In this document: piece after piece, positions 11,216-25,090 of the stretch
How the letters are laid out: each line of letters starts with the position of its first letter
Numbering within the stretch: the stretch's first letter is position 1
Made by a program: the position numbers and the translations under genes
DNA from: Callorhinchus milii
Lineage: Eukaryota
Reading direction: 5' to 3'
DNA: 64,000 nucleotides
Assembly (NCBI RefSeq): GCF_018977255.1
Contig: NW_024704742.1
Coordinates: 54,004,001 to 54,068,000, forward strand
Notes under the pieces: model-generated
Told to the model about the DNA's origin: nothing
Database searches by the model: none
What the model saw: only the letters and a program-made list of their open reading frames with translations

Positions 11216-14200
11216 TGGAGGGAAGAATCTTGCCTTCAGCCCATTTGATCTTATCCTTCAAAATATCGACCCTCCCATCACAGTATCAAATTTCCTGGTA
11301 TCTTGTCCTGAAATTGCCCTTTGCAACTGTAAACCTATGTCCTCTTGTTCTCCTGTCGTGGTGCATCCTAAACTTCCCATTTTAAAGCACACTCTCGAGC
11401 AGAGACTCAACAGCAAAAAATTTAATTTTATAGAGCACCTTTCATGTCAGAATGACATTCCAAAGCACCGGACAGTCAAGGGTTTGTACCTTTGTAATCA
11501 AACATATGGAGGGTTTCACTCTATTTCGGAACCATAAAAGATAGTTGGCTGACATAGAGTTTTATATATTTTTAAATATCAATTTTATAAGAGGTCCTAC
11601 CATTCTAGACCAAAAGATTAGAAGAAGTACATTCTAAATGCTGAATTTCAATATATCAATCAATGCACGTAGGCATATCACACAGCTCAAGTCTGTGAGT
11701 TTTTCATCTGTATCATAATACAGCTCTAATATTATATTCTGCAGATTGAAATGGTTTCCATTGAAACAACTTTTCCATTCACCAATCTCATTTAAAATTT
11801 AAATGTCTGCAAATAACATTGTACTTATAACCATTCACCTACAAATACTCAGTCACTACACTTTATAGTAAATTCCTTTGAGGTCTTTTGACGACACACA
11901 ATATCAAAAGCAAGGATGATTATTATAATAAATGCAAATTAACCATGTGTTACTACTGTGTGCTTACTCGAGCAATACTGCAACACAATTTACCCTCAGT
12001 GGTTGAAGATGTTTGGATTCCAGTAAGATACATTTTCAAAATTTCATTCATTTTATTTAATACAACATTTTTCTCAGTCTGTGGGCTCGGATTTGAAGGA
12101 CAGTAAAGTCGATAATTTGAAGGAAGAAATCAAATGGGCTGAAGAACCTTCTTTATCCAAATCTACATTTGAAAGGTCCTTTAAAACTGTTATTTCAAGT
12201 CCCCCAAAAATGAACATCAGATTTCACTAGTTATTTTAAATTTGTGCATCCTTGAGAATTCACTGATTAAAATTGCCCACTCACTTAATGGCTGTTTGAG
12301 GGACCCTGTCCGCCACGGTCATCTACAAAGTACAAAGTCACCACACTTTTTGTATATCCTCTGAAGCACTTTGAGATGCAGTTTCAAAGTGATAGTCTCT
12401 ATTGAATGTAAGGATTATTATTTTTTAACATCATAGGCCTGCGACAATCAATCCTATAGTAAGCTTGTAGTTTTGAAATAAATAGTTTTACAGTATTATT
12501 TCATATTTAACAAAAATGAAACTGTTCAAACATATGAAGAGTTTCTTTAAATTACCGCACACCATATTACAGATACAGTGCAGTGCCATAAATCTCAATG
12601 TTGGCTGTCTTATTCTCCAGAACACCAGTCATTTCCCTTTTGTTAAAAGAATTTCCTGCTGAAACACAGACCTCTGAAAGGAGGCTGGGAAATAAAGAGC
12701 CTCGGGGAGACTTACAGAGAATTCACTAATTAACAGCACCTCTATTCATTACAGCCAAGCACGAAAGAGTTCAAGTCCGATTAATGAAAGCATTCAGGTA
12801 ATCATTAAGACTGACTATTCAAGAGCAAAAAGCAAGCAAGCAAAATGTCTTTTCTTCTTACTGCGAAAAATGTTTCAATATTTTGTGAGCTTCAGAATGC
12901 TGCTTTCATTCATTCATTCATTCATTTATTCATTCATTCATTCATTCATTCATTCATTCAATTCTAGTTTTTTTCTAGCAAATGAAAACACTCCATGAAC
13001 TGTTTTTCATAGTGACAGCCTAATGCCTATTGTAAATACACATAGCCTCTCAACAGATTTTTTTAAATAAAGCCATGGCTCGAAAAAAAAATTGGATTCT
13101 GTAACATATCTGAGCAATAGTCTTAATAGCTTTTTTTTTAGTTTTGAAATGATAATAACAATAATCCTTGCATTTAATATAGTGCCCTTTCACATCAGGA
13201 GGACATGTTACAGGAGGACATGTTAAAGTGCTTCACAGGATTTACTGGAAAGTGGAATGATTGTGTATTCTGCAGGTGAATTTCAGATTAAAGTATTTAA
13301 AGTTCTGTTGAAAAGAAATAAGGCGTGGCAAGAAATTAATAACAACTACATTTTATAAACATTTTGAATATAGACTTTTTTAAAATTGCTTTATTGTGCC
13401 ATCATGAAGCTGTATTGCAGTAATATTATGAATGGTGTTGGATATGGTTTCAGAAAATAAGGACCAATTAATTAGGAACAATGAAAGGGGATCAGGAAGT
13501 AGAAAAGCGAGAAGCAGGGCATACTGACTAGAGTGTTTTTGGTTGGATTGTTTGATTTGTAACTTGTGAGCTGAGAATAAAAGAGTTTTCTACACATTGA
13601 TTATTGAGAACATAACAAATGGCAGTGTGAAAGTCACCACAAAAGATATAGGCACTCAACCATTCTATCACTAGATCTCTTTCAGCTTTCCCCTTGGCAA
13701 TTTCTGTACCATCCATTGACTACTTGTGTTTCATATTCTTAGATCTTATATGTATATTCTTAGCTTATGTTTATACACCGTTTGCACAAATAGTGCAATG
13801 GATGCCATGGTTAACTTTACTGAAAGCATCAATACAATACAAATCAACATTCATACAGTGCTTTTCACTTAGGGAAGATGTCCCAAGGCAATGTATTTAA
13901 GAGGAAATGTGATGTGTACATGAGGGAGAAGAGAATAGAGGAGTATCGGAGAGTAGTAGAAAGTGTGGAGGCATGGACTAGTTGGGCGGAATGGCCTGTT
14001 TCTGTGCTGTAACATCCTACGTAATTCTATGTAGAGCAGAATCTCATGGAGTAAAGGCAGAAAAACCTCCAACACAAAATATCTCTCTATGGTATTCTCA
14101 CTGACCAGCAGTTTTAGGGCATATACACACAGGATCAAGAGACAATTTAGATATAATTTCCATAACATTTAAGATATTTATTTCATAGCCATCTTCAATA

Positions 14201-15223
14201 TTATCCTTCCACATTAATTAAAGAGATTTTGCATTAACGTGTGATGTCACTGTTGCAGTTAGTGTTCTTTTGCCTTTTGGATACCTGAAGCTTTGAATCC
14301 CTGAGCTGCTTGTCTGTGACAGCTTCAATGAGCTTCATAGGGCCTAGACAAGCTTTTTGTATATTTCTCCTCTGTGCCATATTTTTAAAAATGTAATACA
14401 ATGGGAACGAGCAGTGATTTGGCAAACTCAGACACGCTCCTTGTCCCCCCCATTGTATTAAATTTTTAAAATATGGCACAGAGGTAGCCAAGCTTTCCAA
14501 TTATACTCTCTTAACCGCTGAAATTTTCTCCCTCGACCCCTCCATCTGCCCCCCCCCCAATATGTCTTCAAATCCAGCTTTAGAATTAACCTTTTTGTAA
14601 AGTACTATGAGACATTATTCTATGTGAAGGGTGCAATTTAAATGCAAGTTGTTGTTGTAGTGAGTAATAATGATAATAATCCTTGTATTTGATATAGTGC
14701 CTTATCGTGTCTTTGATACATCTCAAAGCACTTCAAAGAATATACTGTAAAGTGAATTAACTATATATTTTGTTGGGGAAAATATAGTAAAGGAATGAGG
14801 AATGCATATAAAAATAAGATGGTCCAACATTATCTGCCGAACATCGGCAGGCGGGCCTTCAGCCATTGTACGCCCGCCCTCTGGGATTCCATCCCAGAGT
14901 CCCTCGGACTCACGCCTCCCTCCTTCTTTCAGGCACATCTCAAAATGTACCTCTTTGACTGTGCTTCTAGTCATTTTTCTCCTCCCCAATCACCTCAGTG
15001 GCACTGTATGAATATAATCTGTATTGTGTTCTGTAGGATATGGTGTGCCCCTGGCGTTGTTAATTATCGGCTGTGGAGTGAGGCTGCACGACCATGTATA
15101 GTGTTGAAGTGCAATTGGATAAATATGCCATACAATTGCTGGATTATTTACAGATCAGGGATTATGTATGCAAAAACTTCCCTCAACACATTAAATCGGA
15201 TGTGGTGCACTCTATGATAGGAG

Positions 15224-15590
15224 TGGAGTCCTGTAGAGTGCTGATTAGACCACTTGACTCACAAGTGAGAGGACCTGGGTTTGATTCCTGGAAAAGGCGA
15301 AACATTAGGCACGTTTCCTCACTCCACACGCCTCTGTTCACCAGCAATAATCTGGAACCCGGTTGTTAGTCAATTGGTGGATCGCTTTTCCAAGGGTAAT
15401 AATCCCTTGAAAAAAATTCAAAAATAGTAATTTGGTCACTCAATCCACGCTGTTTGTAGGACACTGCTATGCGCAATTGGCTGCAGTGATTCACCCACAA
15501 AATATATAGGCAATTCACTTTACAGTAATTTGTGTGAGACTTTTCAAAGACGTGATACTGCGCTATATCAAATGCAAGATTATTATTATA
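15224..15590 (+). mobile_element. tRNA-derived SINE (long subfamily)
   Basis: Head, extra central segment ggaacccggttgttagtcaattggtggatcgc, Deu core and tail. Confidence 0.85.
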
Positions 15591-16031
15591 TTATAGATTG
15601 TCCATGATCCATAAAAAGAGCAGGCTCACTTAGCCGAAGGGCCTTTTGTTATTCTTATTTCAAATGTTAGAGGGAGTCACATGAAACAGGAGTGTCAGCA
15701 GCATTGTGCAAGCTCACATACCATTTCATTGTAATCGTTATCCATCACTATTAATATTGACAGTACAGGTCATAGAACATTTTATTTTTTGCTTCCATCC
15801 CAGGATCAGCAAAAAAACAATAAAAATACATCGACTGCACAAAGTAACATTGAGCCAAGTGCACAGATCAACAGCAGTATCTCAGCTGCATCATAATCAG
15901 TAACTGAGAATAGGATGAAGTTTACAAAGAGCAAAACGCAAAATACTGCAGATGCTGGAAATCTGAAACAAAAACAGAAGGCGCTGGGAACCCTCAACAG
16001 GTCAGGCAGCATCTATGGAGAAAGGAAAGTG

Positions 16032-16068
16032 AGTCAACATTTCAGATCCACGACTCTTCATCAGAACT
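16032..16068 (-). ncRNA. Minimal type I hammerhead ribozyme motif (inverted copy)
   Basis: AGUU-CUGAUGA-AGA(GUCGUGGA)UCU-GAAA-UG-UU-GACU on the minus strand. Confidence 0.6.
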
Positions 16069-16185
16069 GGGGCATGTTGGGAGGGAGAGGCTTTTATCCT
16101 CTACCCCATTTTCTCCTTTGTCTTCCTTGCCCTGCCTCCCCCCTCTCTGATAGCCCTTAAACGTCTCTCCCTCCCAACATGTCCC

Positions 16186-16222
16186 AGTTCTGACGAAGGG
16201 TCGTGTACCTGAAACGTTGACT
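16186..16222 (+). ncRNA. Minimal type I hammerhead ribozyme motif
   Basis: AGUU-CUGACGA-AGG(GUCGUGUA)CCU-GAAA-CG-UU-GACU: stem I AGUU/GACU, 3-bp stem II, palindromic ACGU stem III; predicted cut after 16218. Confidence 0.7.
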
Positions 16223-18639
16223 CACTTTTCTTTCTCCACAGATGCTGCCTGACCTGCTGAGTGTTCCCAGCGACTTCTGTTTTACAAACAGCAAGCCAGC
16301 AGAAGTGATGGTAGCCTGGAAAGTGATGGATACTTTGTAAATAGGGTACTGGAAAGCATTAATGAAGCAACATATAACAGGAGAAATGGGGCTTCAACAC
16401 CCAATCTTCTGACTCAGAGGTGAGATTGCTTCCAACTAAGCCAGGCTGACACTAAATCATGTAAAAAGGAATTTGATCAGGTTTAGGCAAGAGCTGGAAA
16501 TTAAGATAAAAACAAATAGCTCCAGTGGGGAGCTAGCATGATTGAGGTACAATCGACCTCATGGCCTTATTCTGCACTGAACTTTCTATGATTCTCACCC
16601 AAAACATTGAGGGGAAAAGCAGCTGAAAATTCTCATCAAAAAAACATAATATAGAAAACAAGAGCGTCTTACAGGTTGAATAAGGTAAATCCCCAGCAAT
16701 AACATTAACCTTAAAACAGAGACAACCGCTGAAGCTGGTTTTAAAATCCATGTTTAAAGCATCTTAAATTTTATTGTCAAAATTATATTGCTCTATTTTT
16801 ATTTGATTTGCTCACTGGATGATGATCTCATTTGCAGAGAAGGAAGGAACAACCAATAAGTTCCATGAGAACAAGAGATAGCAACAGCAATCAACAATAT
16901 ATGTAACTGAAGGCAATGTGAAGCCTGAAATTCTCCAATAGTCTTAGCCTATCATAACATTTTGCTTTAAAATGTAAGATTGCGCAGAATTGTGGAAAAA
17001 ATTAAGATGTCTTAATTTGAAAATCAGTTTTATGTAGCTTTTTAAAGAAAGGCTTCCAAACTAAGACTGAATTTAAGATTTTTCCAAAAGTTCAAGGCAA
17101 GATGGCCTTACAAGGAAAGACTACATGAAATTTCAGACCCATAGAAAAAACACTTGCATTTTTATCACTTTACCATGTGAAATTGTCTCAAAGAGGTTCA
17201 CGAGTAATTATTGTTCATTGTGTTAATTGCTTTTATATGCAAATATGGCAAATGTTTATTGCCAGCAAAGTCTGACAGCCATGTGGTGAATGATCAATTC
17301 AGGTCGAGGAATGTTGGCTAAGACATCAGTAGATACTCACTTCTCCTCTCAAATAGTATCATGGGATCTTTAACACTTGAAAAACAGGTAGATGAGACTT
17401 CGGCTTAAGATCCAATTTTTGAAAGATGGCATCTTCAACAGTGGAACACTCCCCAGTATTACATTGGAACGGGTGAGCCAAGAGTATGAGCTCAAATCAC
17501 AATGTGGGGCTTGAATCCAGAACTTATTGATACTTGACACATAAAACTTTTAAAATATTATAATTCTAATTAAGAATCAGTTATGTTTCAGAATTTCACT
17601 TTTGCATCAGGGAAGTGCATAGGACGGTTCAGTTTATGCAACAATTGCTGCTTTATCTTGTTTTTTTATGACATCGAAGCATTTAACTGTTTAAAGGAAA
17701 ATAATGCATTATTGATCTCATCGTGTTCCAAAGGCACTGCATGTTAATTGATTTGTGAAATAGTGCTGCCAACATAATAGTATGAATACATTTATTAATT
17801 TTTAATTTCGACAAGAGTAACCTGTATTTTGAAACATGTTTATTTGACAAAATTTAATAAATAATTGGAGCAAAAAAAGTCACTGAAGAGATTCCAGGCT
17901 TATTTATTTGCAAATCTATTTTTTCAGAAATATTTTAGCTACGTCTAGAACAAAATGCCTACAAAAAGTACACAGTCACTTCAGCTTACATCTTGTGAAT
18001 CACTTTCGTCATCCTCATGGGGTGAAAGATCCTATATCAAATGCAAGGATTATTATTATATACATCGCTGATACCAAAGTCCGACTGCACTGAGGTCAGT
18101 TCTTCTCTAGTTATTTATTGATTTCATAGAGTCTATTAAAAAGCAAAAGTGCCTAAAGCTCGAAAACTAATTAGCAAGTGAACATTAATTAAGTGGTTAT
18201 GAAATATGAAATATTGCTTAAGTTTTTAATTCTAATTTATTTAAATGTAATTTTTTAATTAGGCGAACTTGTGTTTACCATGACTGCCATTACCAATTAG
18301 GTTATGTATGTTAAAGTCATTCTCTTTCAAAAGACTCATGGCAGGTTAAGGTGCTCTTCTTCAAATTCTCTCAGGTATTTTGTTCCAATTGTGCAGTAAT
18401 TTGTACAGATTCCATGTCAAAAGGAGACCAAAAGTGTGATATAACTGAGATTTATTATTAATGACAATATCTGCATGAAATGGTAGGATTACATTATTGC
18501 ACTAGATAATGCCTTATTACATTATCAAAATGTCACAAACAATTTACTGTGAAGTGTAGCAACTGTATTTGTATGCAAATTTACCGCAGATTCAATCTGA
18601 AGTCTAGTTTGTGATATCACCTGTAAGATTTTTTTAAAT

Positions 18640-19130
18640 TTTACATTTGTTTTGGTCAGCCAGTTGTCTGACACATGCGGAAACCCATCACCATGCTCAA
18701 GAGTATCCAACCAAAGTGAGAATCCCACCTACACATGGAATTCCCAGAGATAAATTGTTGGAATGGAATGCACACTCTCCCTGGAGGGAGGCATCCTGCT
18801 TACCTAATTCAGGAATGTATTAGGCACAGGTTGGCAAGGGCCAAGCCTGGGGGACCCTAGAGTGTGTGTTGGGGTACTGCTGGAGTCTAACCAGCTAAAA
18901 CTGCATCGCTTGCCAATGATATTGTTGTTTGGCAAGCTTTCCTGCTGCTGGGCATTGGCTTGCAGGGTTAACAATAGCAACAAATTATATTTGTATAGCG
19001 CATTTCACGTGGGAGGACTCCCAAGGCACTGAGTGGGATGACTCCCTGCCCCCGGTGACTGGTCTGCCCTTCCAGGTTCTGCCAATGAGCCACTGTGCTG
19101 TCATCAGCAGTGCTCTAAATTCACTATAAA
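18640..19130 (-). mobile_element. Partial copy of the ~0.6-kb repeat with an L2-tail insert at 18970-19031
   Basis: Reverse complement is colinear with 35160-35625. Confidence 0.7.
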
Positions 19131-19483
19131 TCCACAATCACTGCAGTCAACACAAGGCTAACTTTAAGATTCAGATACATGCACAGTACTGTGTTTATTA
19201 CGTGCACAGTACTGTGTTTATTAGTTTGTTTTCACTATTGATATTTCTGTCAACAAGAAAGAACAAAATAAAAAAGGAAAAAAGGTCATTTGACTGATCA
19301 AATCTGGTCTCCATATCAAAAACTACAATTCAAAGTGTACAATACAATCAAATTTGGAGTCCTGTAGCTCAGTGGTTACAGCACATCCCTCACAAGCGAG
19401 AGATGTGGGTTCGATTCCAGGGCAGGGCGAAATGTCGGACAAGTTTCCTTACTTCAGTTTAGTTCACAGTTCATAGTTGAATT

Positions 19484-19968
19484 TAATAATCCTTGCATTT
19501 GATAAAGCACCTGATCCCATAGTTAAGACATCTCAAAGCTCTTCACAGAATGCACTGTAAAGTGAATTGACTGTATATTTTGTGAGGGGAATGCGGCAGG
19601 CAATTGTGCACAGCATTGTCTCACAAATTGCTATGGATTGAGTGACCAAATTATGATTATTATTATTTTGAAGGGATTATTACCCTGGAATAGAGATCAG
19701 CCTATCGACTAACAACTGGGTTCCTACTTATAGCTAGATAAATAGAGGCGTAAAATAAAATAAACTTAAAACAGTAGAAATGCACTTTTAAAATGTACCA
19801 TGTGCCTTGGAATGGAAAAAATATGAAAGTATAGTGAATAGTATGGTATGAAAAGCAGGAAAACAGATGTGTGTGGAGTAAGGACATTTGCCTAAGGTTT
19901 CGCCCTACTCAGGAATCTAACCCAGGTCCTGTCGCCTACAAGGCTCTAACCAATATGCTACAGGACTC
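19484..19968 (-). mobile_element. SINE (long subfamily) interrupted by ~115 bp of AT-rich sequence; separate + strand SINE head at 19355-19455
   Basis: Body at 19484-19752 and head at about 19860-19968 match the family. Confidence 0.8.
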
Positions 19969-21779
19969 TAGTTCAAATCCTTTGGGGTTTTGGTGCTGTT
20001 GTTCCTAAAGAACAGTAACAGTTCTTAGATAGAGAGATAGAGAGATGCAACTGTCCATTTATGGCACCACTTAATTTGTCTTGCTACAAGGTTCTGTCCT
20101 GTCATGGTAAGGAAGTGTATGAGTGGTTGCCATCTGTGGCTGAAGCCAGAGATACGTTTTGCCAGTTAGTTGTCCAGTGAATCCTAATAGTTTTGTGAAC
20201 AGGATCCAAGCTCTCCTACTCAGCCTCCTGATGAGTCCATTGCATCCATGGTTTTCTGGGAAAGTAAATGGTGTGTCCATCTTATTCATATTAGTCTAAT
20301 GGGAAAAGCTATGCATTACTTGGTGCCTAGCCATTCGTCTGATCTTTTGCAGCCCAATAGATAAATCGGCAGATCAATCTGAAATGCATTAAAGCCAAAC
20401 ATTGAAAAACAAACGCCTATTCAAGTTACACTCAGAAATTGCTCTGCAATATTTTCACACTAAATTCTGATAAAATAATGTTATATGTTTTAGCAAACAT
20501 GAGACCACCCTTTCATGAGCCACAGTGAGAGTGCACAATTTTTCTCATAGAACCTCTCCTAATCTTGTGATGGGGATAAAAGTGGCTGTCCAACAACAAT
20601 TTACTTTTATACAGCACCTTTCACGTCAGAGGACTTTCAAAATGTTTCAGATATCTGACTGGGGTGGGGGGAGAAAGACACACACAGAGCTTCCACACCA
20701 ACCCCATGGGGTGGAGTGAACATTCATGCAGGCTGATGCAATCAGTACCTGAGATGAAAAAGCACTGATGGGAGCCAAGCACGAGAGCCTCAGTCTTCTC
20801 GACATTGGGCTGCAGAAAGTTAGAACTCATCCAGAACTTGATGTGTGACAATCAGAACAGCAGCAATGGAAGATTTACAGTGATTTTACTTGAGCAGTAA
20901 AACCCTAATCGGAATTTTACACAAAAAAGATTATTATAGCCAGAATTTGTGACATATGGTAGCTTATTTGTTCTGTGTTTATTCATTCACTAATTCTGGC
21001 CATGAGTGCCAAATTGTTGGATCTTGTAAACATATTAAAGGTTGTGTTTTTAAATATTTTTTTAGACACATGACACCTAGTGAACAATTCCTTTTAATAA
21101 ACAAAAATAGGCATGGCTTAACAACATTAGAGTAAGACAAAGGGTATCAATGTAACTCAATTGGTAGCACTCTTGTCTCTGAATCAAAAGATTGTGGGTT
21201 CAAGCTTCACAATGGGATTCTGAACTCACATATTCTATACCTCATATACTGATACCCCTGATAAATAGAGCGATGTCCTCTCACTATAAGTTGAAACTTG
21301 GAATACATTTTCAATCATCAGGAATTTGCTTGCAGGATTTATTCTGCTTTTGTGTAGTCTGAGGGGTTAAAAAGCTACTGCAGCAAATTACAGCATTGCT
21401 GAAGACTGACAAGATCAATAGTTGAAAGGAAGTGGCTGGTACTATTTAAAGTGTTTTCAGACCAATTAGTTTAGGATGCATCAAGAACATTGCAGATTTA
21501 TTTACCTGAGGAGATTGCTTTCCATACAGTAAATATATTTGTTTTTCTTGCAGTAACTGAAATTACATTGAATACTTGGAAAGCCAAATTTCTAAGTTAA
21601 TTAGAAGATAGGCAAGGACATTTCGTGTCACAGGAAGAGAAGAATTCAAGTATGAATTAAAGGTACCAAAGACCCATTTTGAAGCTTAGAACAAAGTCAT
21701 AAAAGAGATTATTTAGTTCTACTACATAATCACACTCAAGGAATTCACCATCTACTTTCATGCTTGATCAATTACATAG

Positions 21780-23355
21780 AAGAATGATAATGCAAAGAAA
21801 CAGGCCATTTGGTCCAACTAATCTGTGTCTATAGTTATATTCCACACAGGTCCCACATCTCCCATTCCTCACTATTCCCTTATGTGTGCATCAAATTTCC
21901 TGTTAAATACATTGATACATTAATTAACTTATGGAGTCCTGTAGCTCAGTGGTTAGCTGAGTTCAATTCCAGCAGGGCGAAACCTTGGGCAAATTTCCTT
22001 ACTCCACACAGAGCCTAATAATAATCCCTCCAAAAAACAAAACAATAATAAATTTGTAATTTTCAATCCATGACTGTTTGTGGGACATTGCTGTACGCAA
22101 TTGGCTGCCACGTTCGCCCACAAATATACAGTCAATTCACTTTACAGTGTGTTCTATGAAGCGCTTTGGGGCGTCCTCCCGACGTGAAAAGCGCTATATC
22201 AAATGCAAGGATTATTATTATCATTATTATAACTTAAATACATTTTTCTTCAACCACAGCTTCTAGCTGTGAATTTCACATTCTTAGCAGTGAAGTTCTT
22301 TATTAACTCCCTATTTAGTTTTCTGAGACAACACTTCACATGAAGGTCGTTATATAAATGCAAGTTGATGTTGTTATAGTTGATTTACTATTGACTATCT
22401 AATATTTATGCCTTCTCGCTTTGGAGTTACCAACAAGTGGAAACAGCCTTCTATTGTCCACCTTAATGAATCCTTTGATAACCTTAAACACTTCTATCAA
22501 GTGCTCTCTCAAATGTCTCAACTCTGGAGATAAAAGCTTCAACCTTTCCAATCTTTCTTGAGAATTGTATTCCTGGTAATATCCTTCTCAATCTATGTTA
22601 TACGTTTTCCAATGCTACAATATCCTGTAATATGGATATTATGGTGACAGAATTGTACACAATACTCCAAATGTGGTCTAACCAAGGTTTTATGTAAATG
22701 TAACTTGCATTTATATTCTGTTCCGCTGGACATACTTTTTAAACATATTTTAATTTTTGTGTATCTGTATCCCTAGATATTTTGTTCCTTTACCACTCTT
22801 AAGTTCCTATCATCCAGATATGGTCGATTTCGTTATTCTTCCTACATTAAATTTAATCTGCCATCTATCATATTTTCCTACATTAAATTTAATCTGCCAC
22901 CTACCCATTCATTTTGCAAGCCTCTTAATGTCTTGCTGCATCTTTTTATAATTCTCTTTACTTTTTAACCATACAACCTAGCCATCTGTGAATTCATCAC
23001 AATCCCACTTGTACCTAAGTCTAAATCATATATGTACATGATGAATATTAACAATGCCTTGGGATGTCCTCCCGACGTGAAAGACACTATACAAATATAA
23101 TTTTGTATTGTCATTTTGTATTCTAATAGTTCTAGTATAGATCCCTGCAGAACACCACTTCCTACTTCTTGCCAATATGAGAAGCTGCTCTTTATTCCTA
23201 CTCTTTGCTTTCTATTTTCGAGCCATCTGTCAATTCATTCTGCCACCTCTCCCTTGACTCCACATGCCCGGATTTTAGCCATAAATCTCTTATGTGGCAC
23301 CTTATCAAAAGCTTCTGGAAGTTTATATACACCACATCCATTGCATTTCCTGGAC
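21780..23355 (-). mobile_element. Decayed CR1 fragment interrupted by a SINE and L2 tails
   Basis: Matches to the CR1 at 54991-56550 (aattgtacacaatactccaaatgtggtctaaccaag; tgtggcaccttatcaaaagc). Confidence 0.75.
21932..22229 (+). mobile_element. SINE (short subfamily, deletion in head) with 7-bp target-site duplication
   Basis: TAACTTA at 21925-21931 and 22230-22236 flanks the element, which is inserted in a CR1 remnant. Confidence 0.9.
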
Positions 23356-23536
23356 TAAAATAAATTGAACACAGTTTTCAGAGAGCAGGGAGAGAAAAAA
23401 TGCCAATAAATTCTTTACCATGGGATAGAACTTATCAAAGGGGAATCTGAAGAGACCTTAGTGTGTCCATTGACTCAAAGTCAAGCCCACATATTGTTAG
23501 ACTGCAATGCATAAGGCAAAGGATGATGGACTAAAT

Positions 23537-23906
23537 TAATAATCCTTGCATTTTTTGATATGGGCCTTATCACATCTTCGAGACATCTCAAAGAGCTTCA
23601 CAGAATATACTGTAAAGTGAATTGACTGAATATTTTGTGGGCGAAATGCGGCAGCCAATTGCACACAGCAGTGTCCCACAAACAGCCGTGGATTGAGTGA
23701 CCAAATAATTTTTATTATTTTGAAGGAATTATTACTCCCAGACAAGCGATCCACCAATCGACTAACAACCAGGTTCCTACTTAACGCCAGGTAAACAGAG
23801 GCGTGTGGAGTAAGGAAACTTGCCCAACGTTTCACCCTGCTGGGAATCAAACGCAGTTCCTCTCGGTTGCGAGGCGAGTGCTCTAACCACTAAGCTACAG
23901 GACCCC
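23537..23906 (-). mobile_element. Full-length SINE (long subfamily)
   Basis: Complete head, central segment, Deu core and tail on the minus strand. Confidence 0.9.
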
Positions 23907-25090
23907 ATTACAAACTCATTTGAGTTCAATTACAAGTCCTGTCAAGCTATACAGTTATCATATAATTCTGGGCGCAGTGACAAAAAGGGCTATGTCGTCC
24001 TTGCAGACAATGCACAGGAGGGCAACGCAATTGATTCCCAGTGATATTAGGATGATTTTTGAAGAATAACGAAATATGCCAGAACTCTGCAACCTTATAA
24101 AGAGTCATCTTAGGAATGACCTTATAGAATTCAGGCACTCAAAGGGTTGAGAAAGTAAACCCCAAATTTATTTTTCAGATGCTCTATGAAAGGACAATTT
24201 CAGGCTTGTGAATATCACTTTTGGAGCAATCACAAGGAAGTCTTTTTATTTGCCTTTAAAGAAGGTTGATAGTGTGCAGGAAGTACATGTATGCATTCTA
24301 TTATCCTAAAAATTCTACCCTTCAACGTTTTGATTCAATGTACCTCTGGCAACAGAAAAGGTTTATTTCGCACCTGGGATCATGAGTTGTCTGTGAGATC
24401 AGAGCACAGACAAGAAGCAATGTTCCAGATCATAGCTCTGGAAAGTTCACTTAAGGGAGCAGCTAAGAAACTGTTGAAGGAGAATCAGCACTAAAGCTAA
24501 AAGCAATGCTTGATTGAGCTTTGCATATTTGATAGTTTTATCTATAATAAAATGATAGCTTTAAATTATAATCACAGTTAATCAATGCTTGGCCCAGCTA
24601 AATTCACTTTTTCACAGGCTTATTTGGTGTGATATTCTAAATTTACATGAAGCCAACACTGCTTTGGGTAACATTTCCATTCAGTGCATCGTCAAAGGCA
24701 ATCTAGGCCACAAATATATTTACCTTTACAATCAGGCACCTCCAAAGGTGCCACATGTAACACTAAATGTTTTATCCCCTAGTGTTTACGATTAGGTACA
24801 TAAATCTTGTTTAACAGCCTTTCATTGAATGAAAGACTGAGACCACACCTGTTAAACCACAAATCTTATCTTATAAAATAAAACATTCTAAGAAATATGT
24901 AATTGTAATCACATAATAATAATAATCCTTGTATTTGATATACCTAATTTCATGTTGGGAAAAATGTATTGTAGGTCTTATGACCTACAATACATTCATT
25001 AAAGAGTATCAAATGGATTCATACAGTCCTTGCAGAGAAATTATATGTAATCAATGGAAATTTGAATTTTCCAACCAAAAGCAACATATA

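Larger units (their letters stand above)
15928..16283. mobile_element. Penelope-like element remnant forming an inverted repeat (arms ~15971-16096 and ~16158-16283)
   Basis: The arms are reverse complements (caggtcaggcagcatct..gagtcaacatttcag / ctgaaacgttgactc..agatgctgcctgacctg), and each carries a hammerhead core. Confidence 0.75.
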
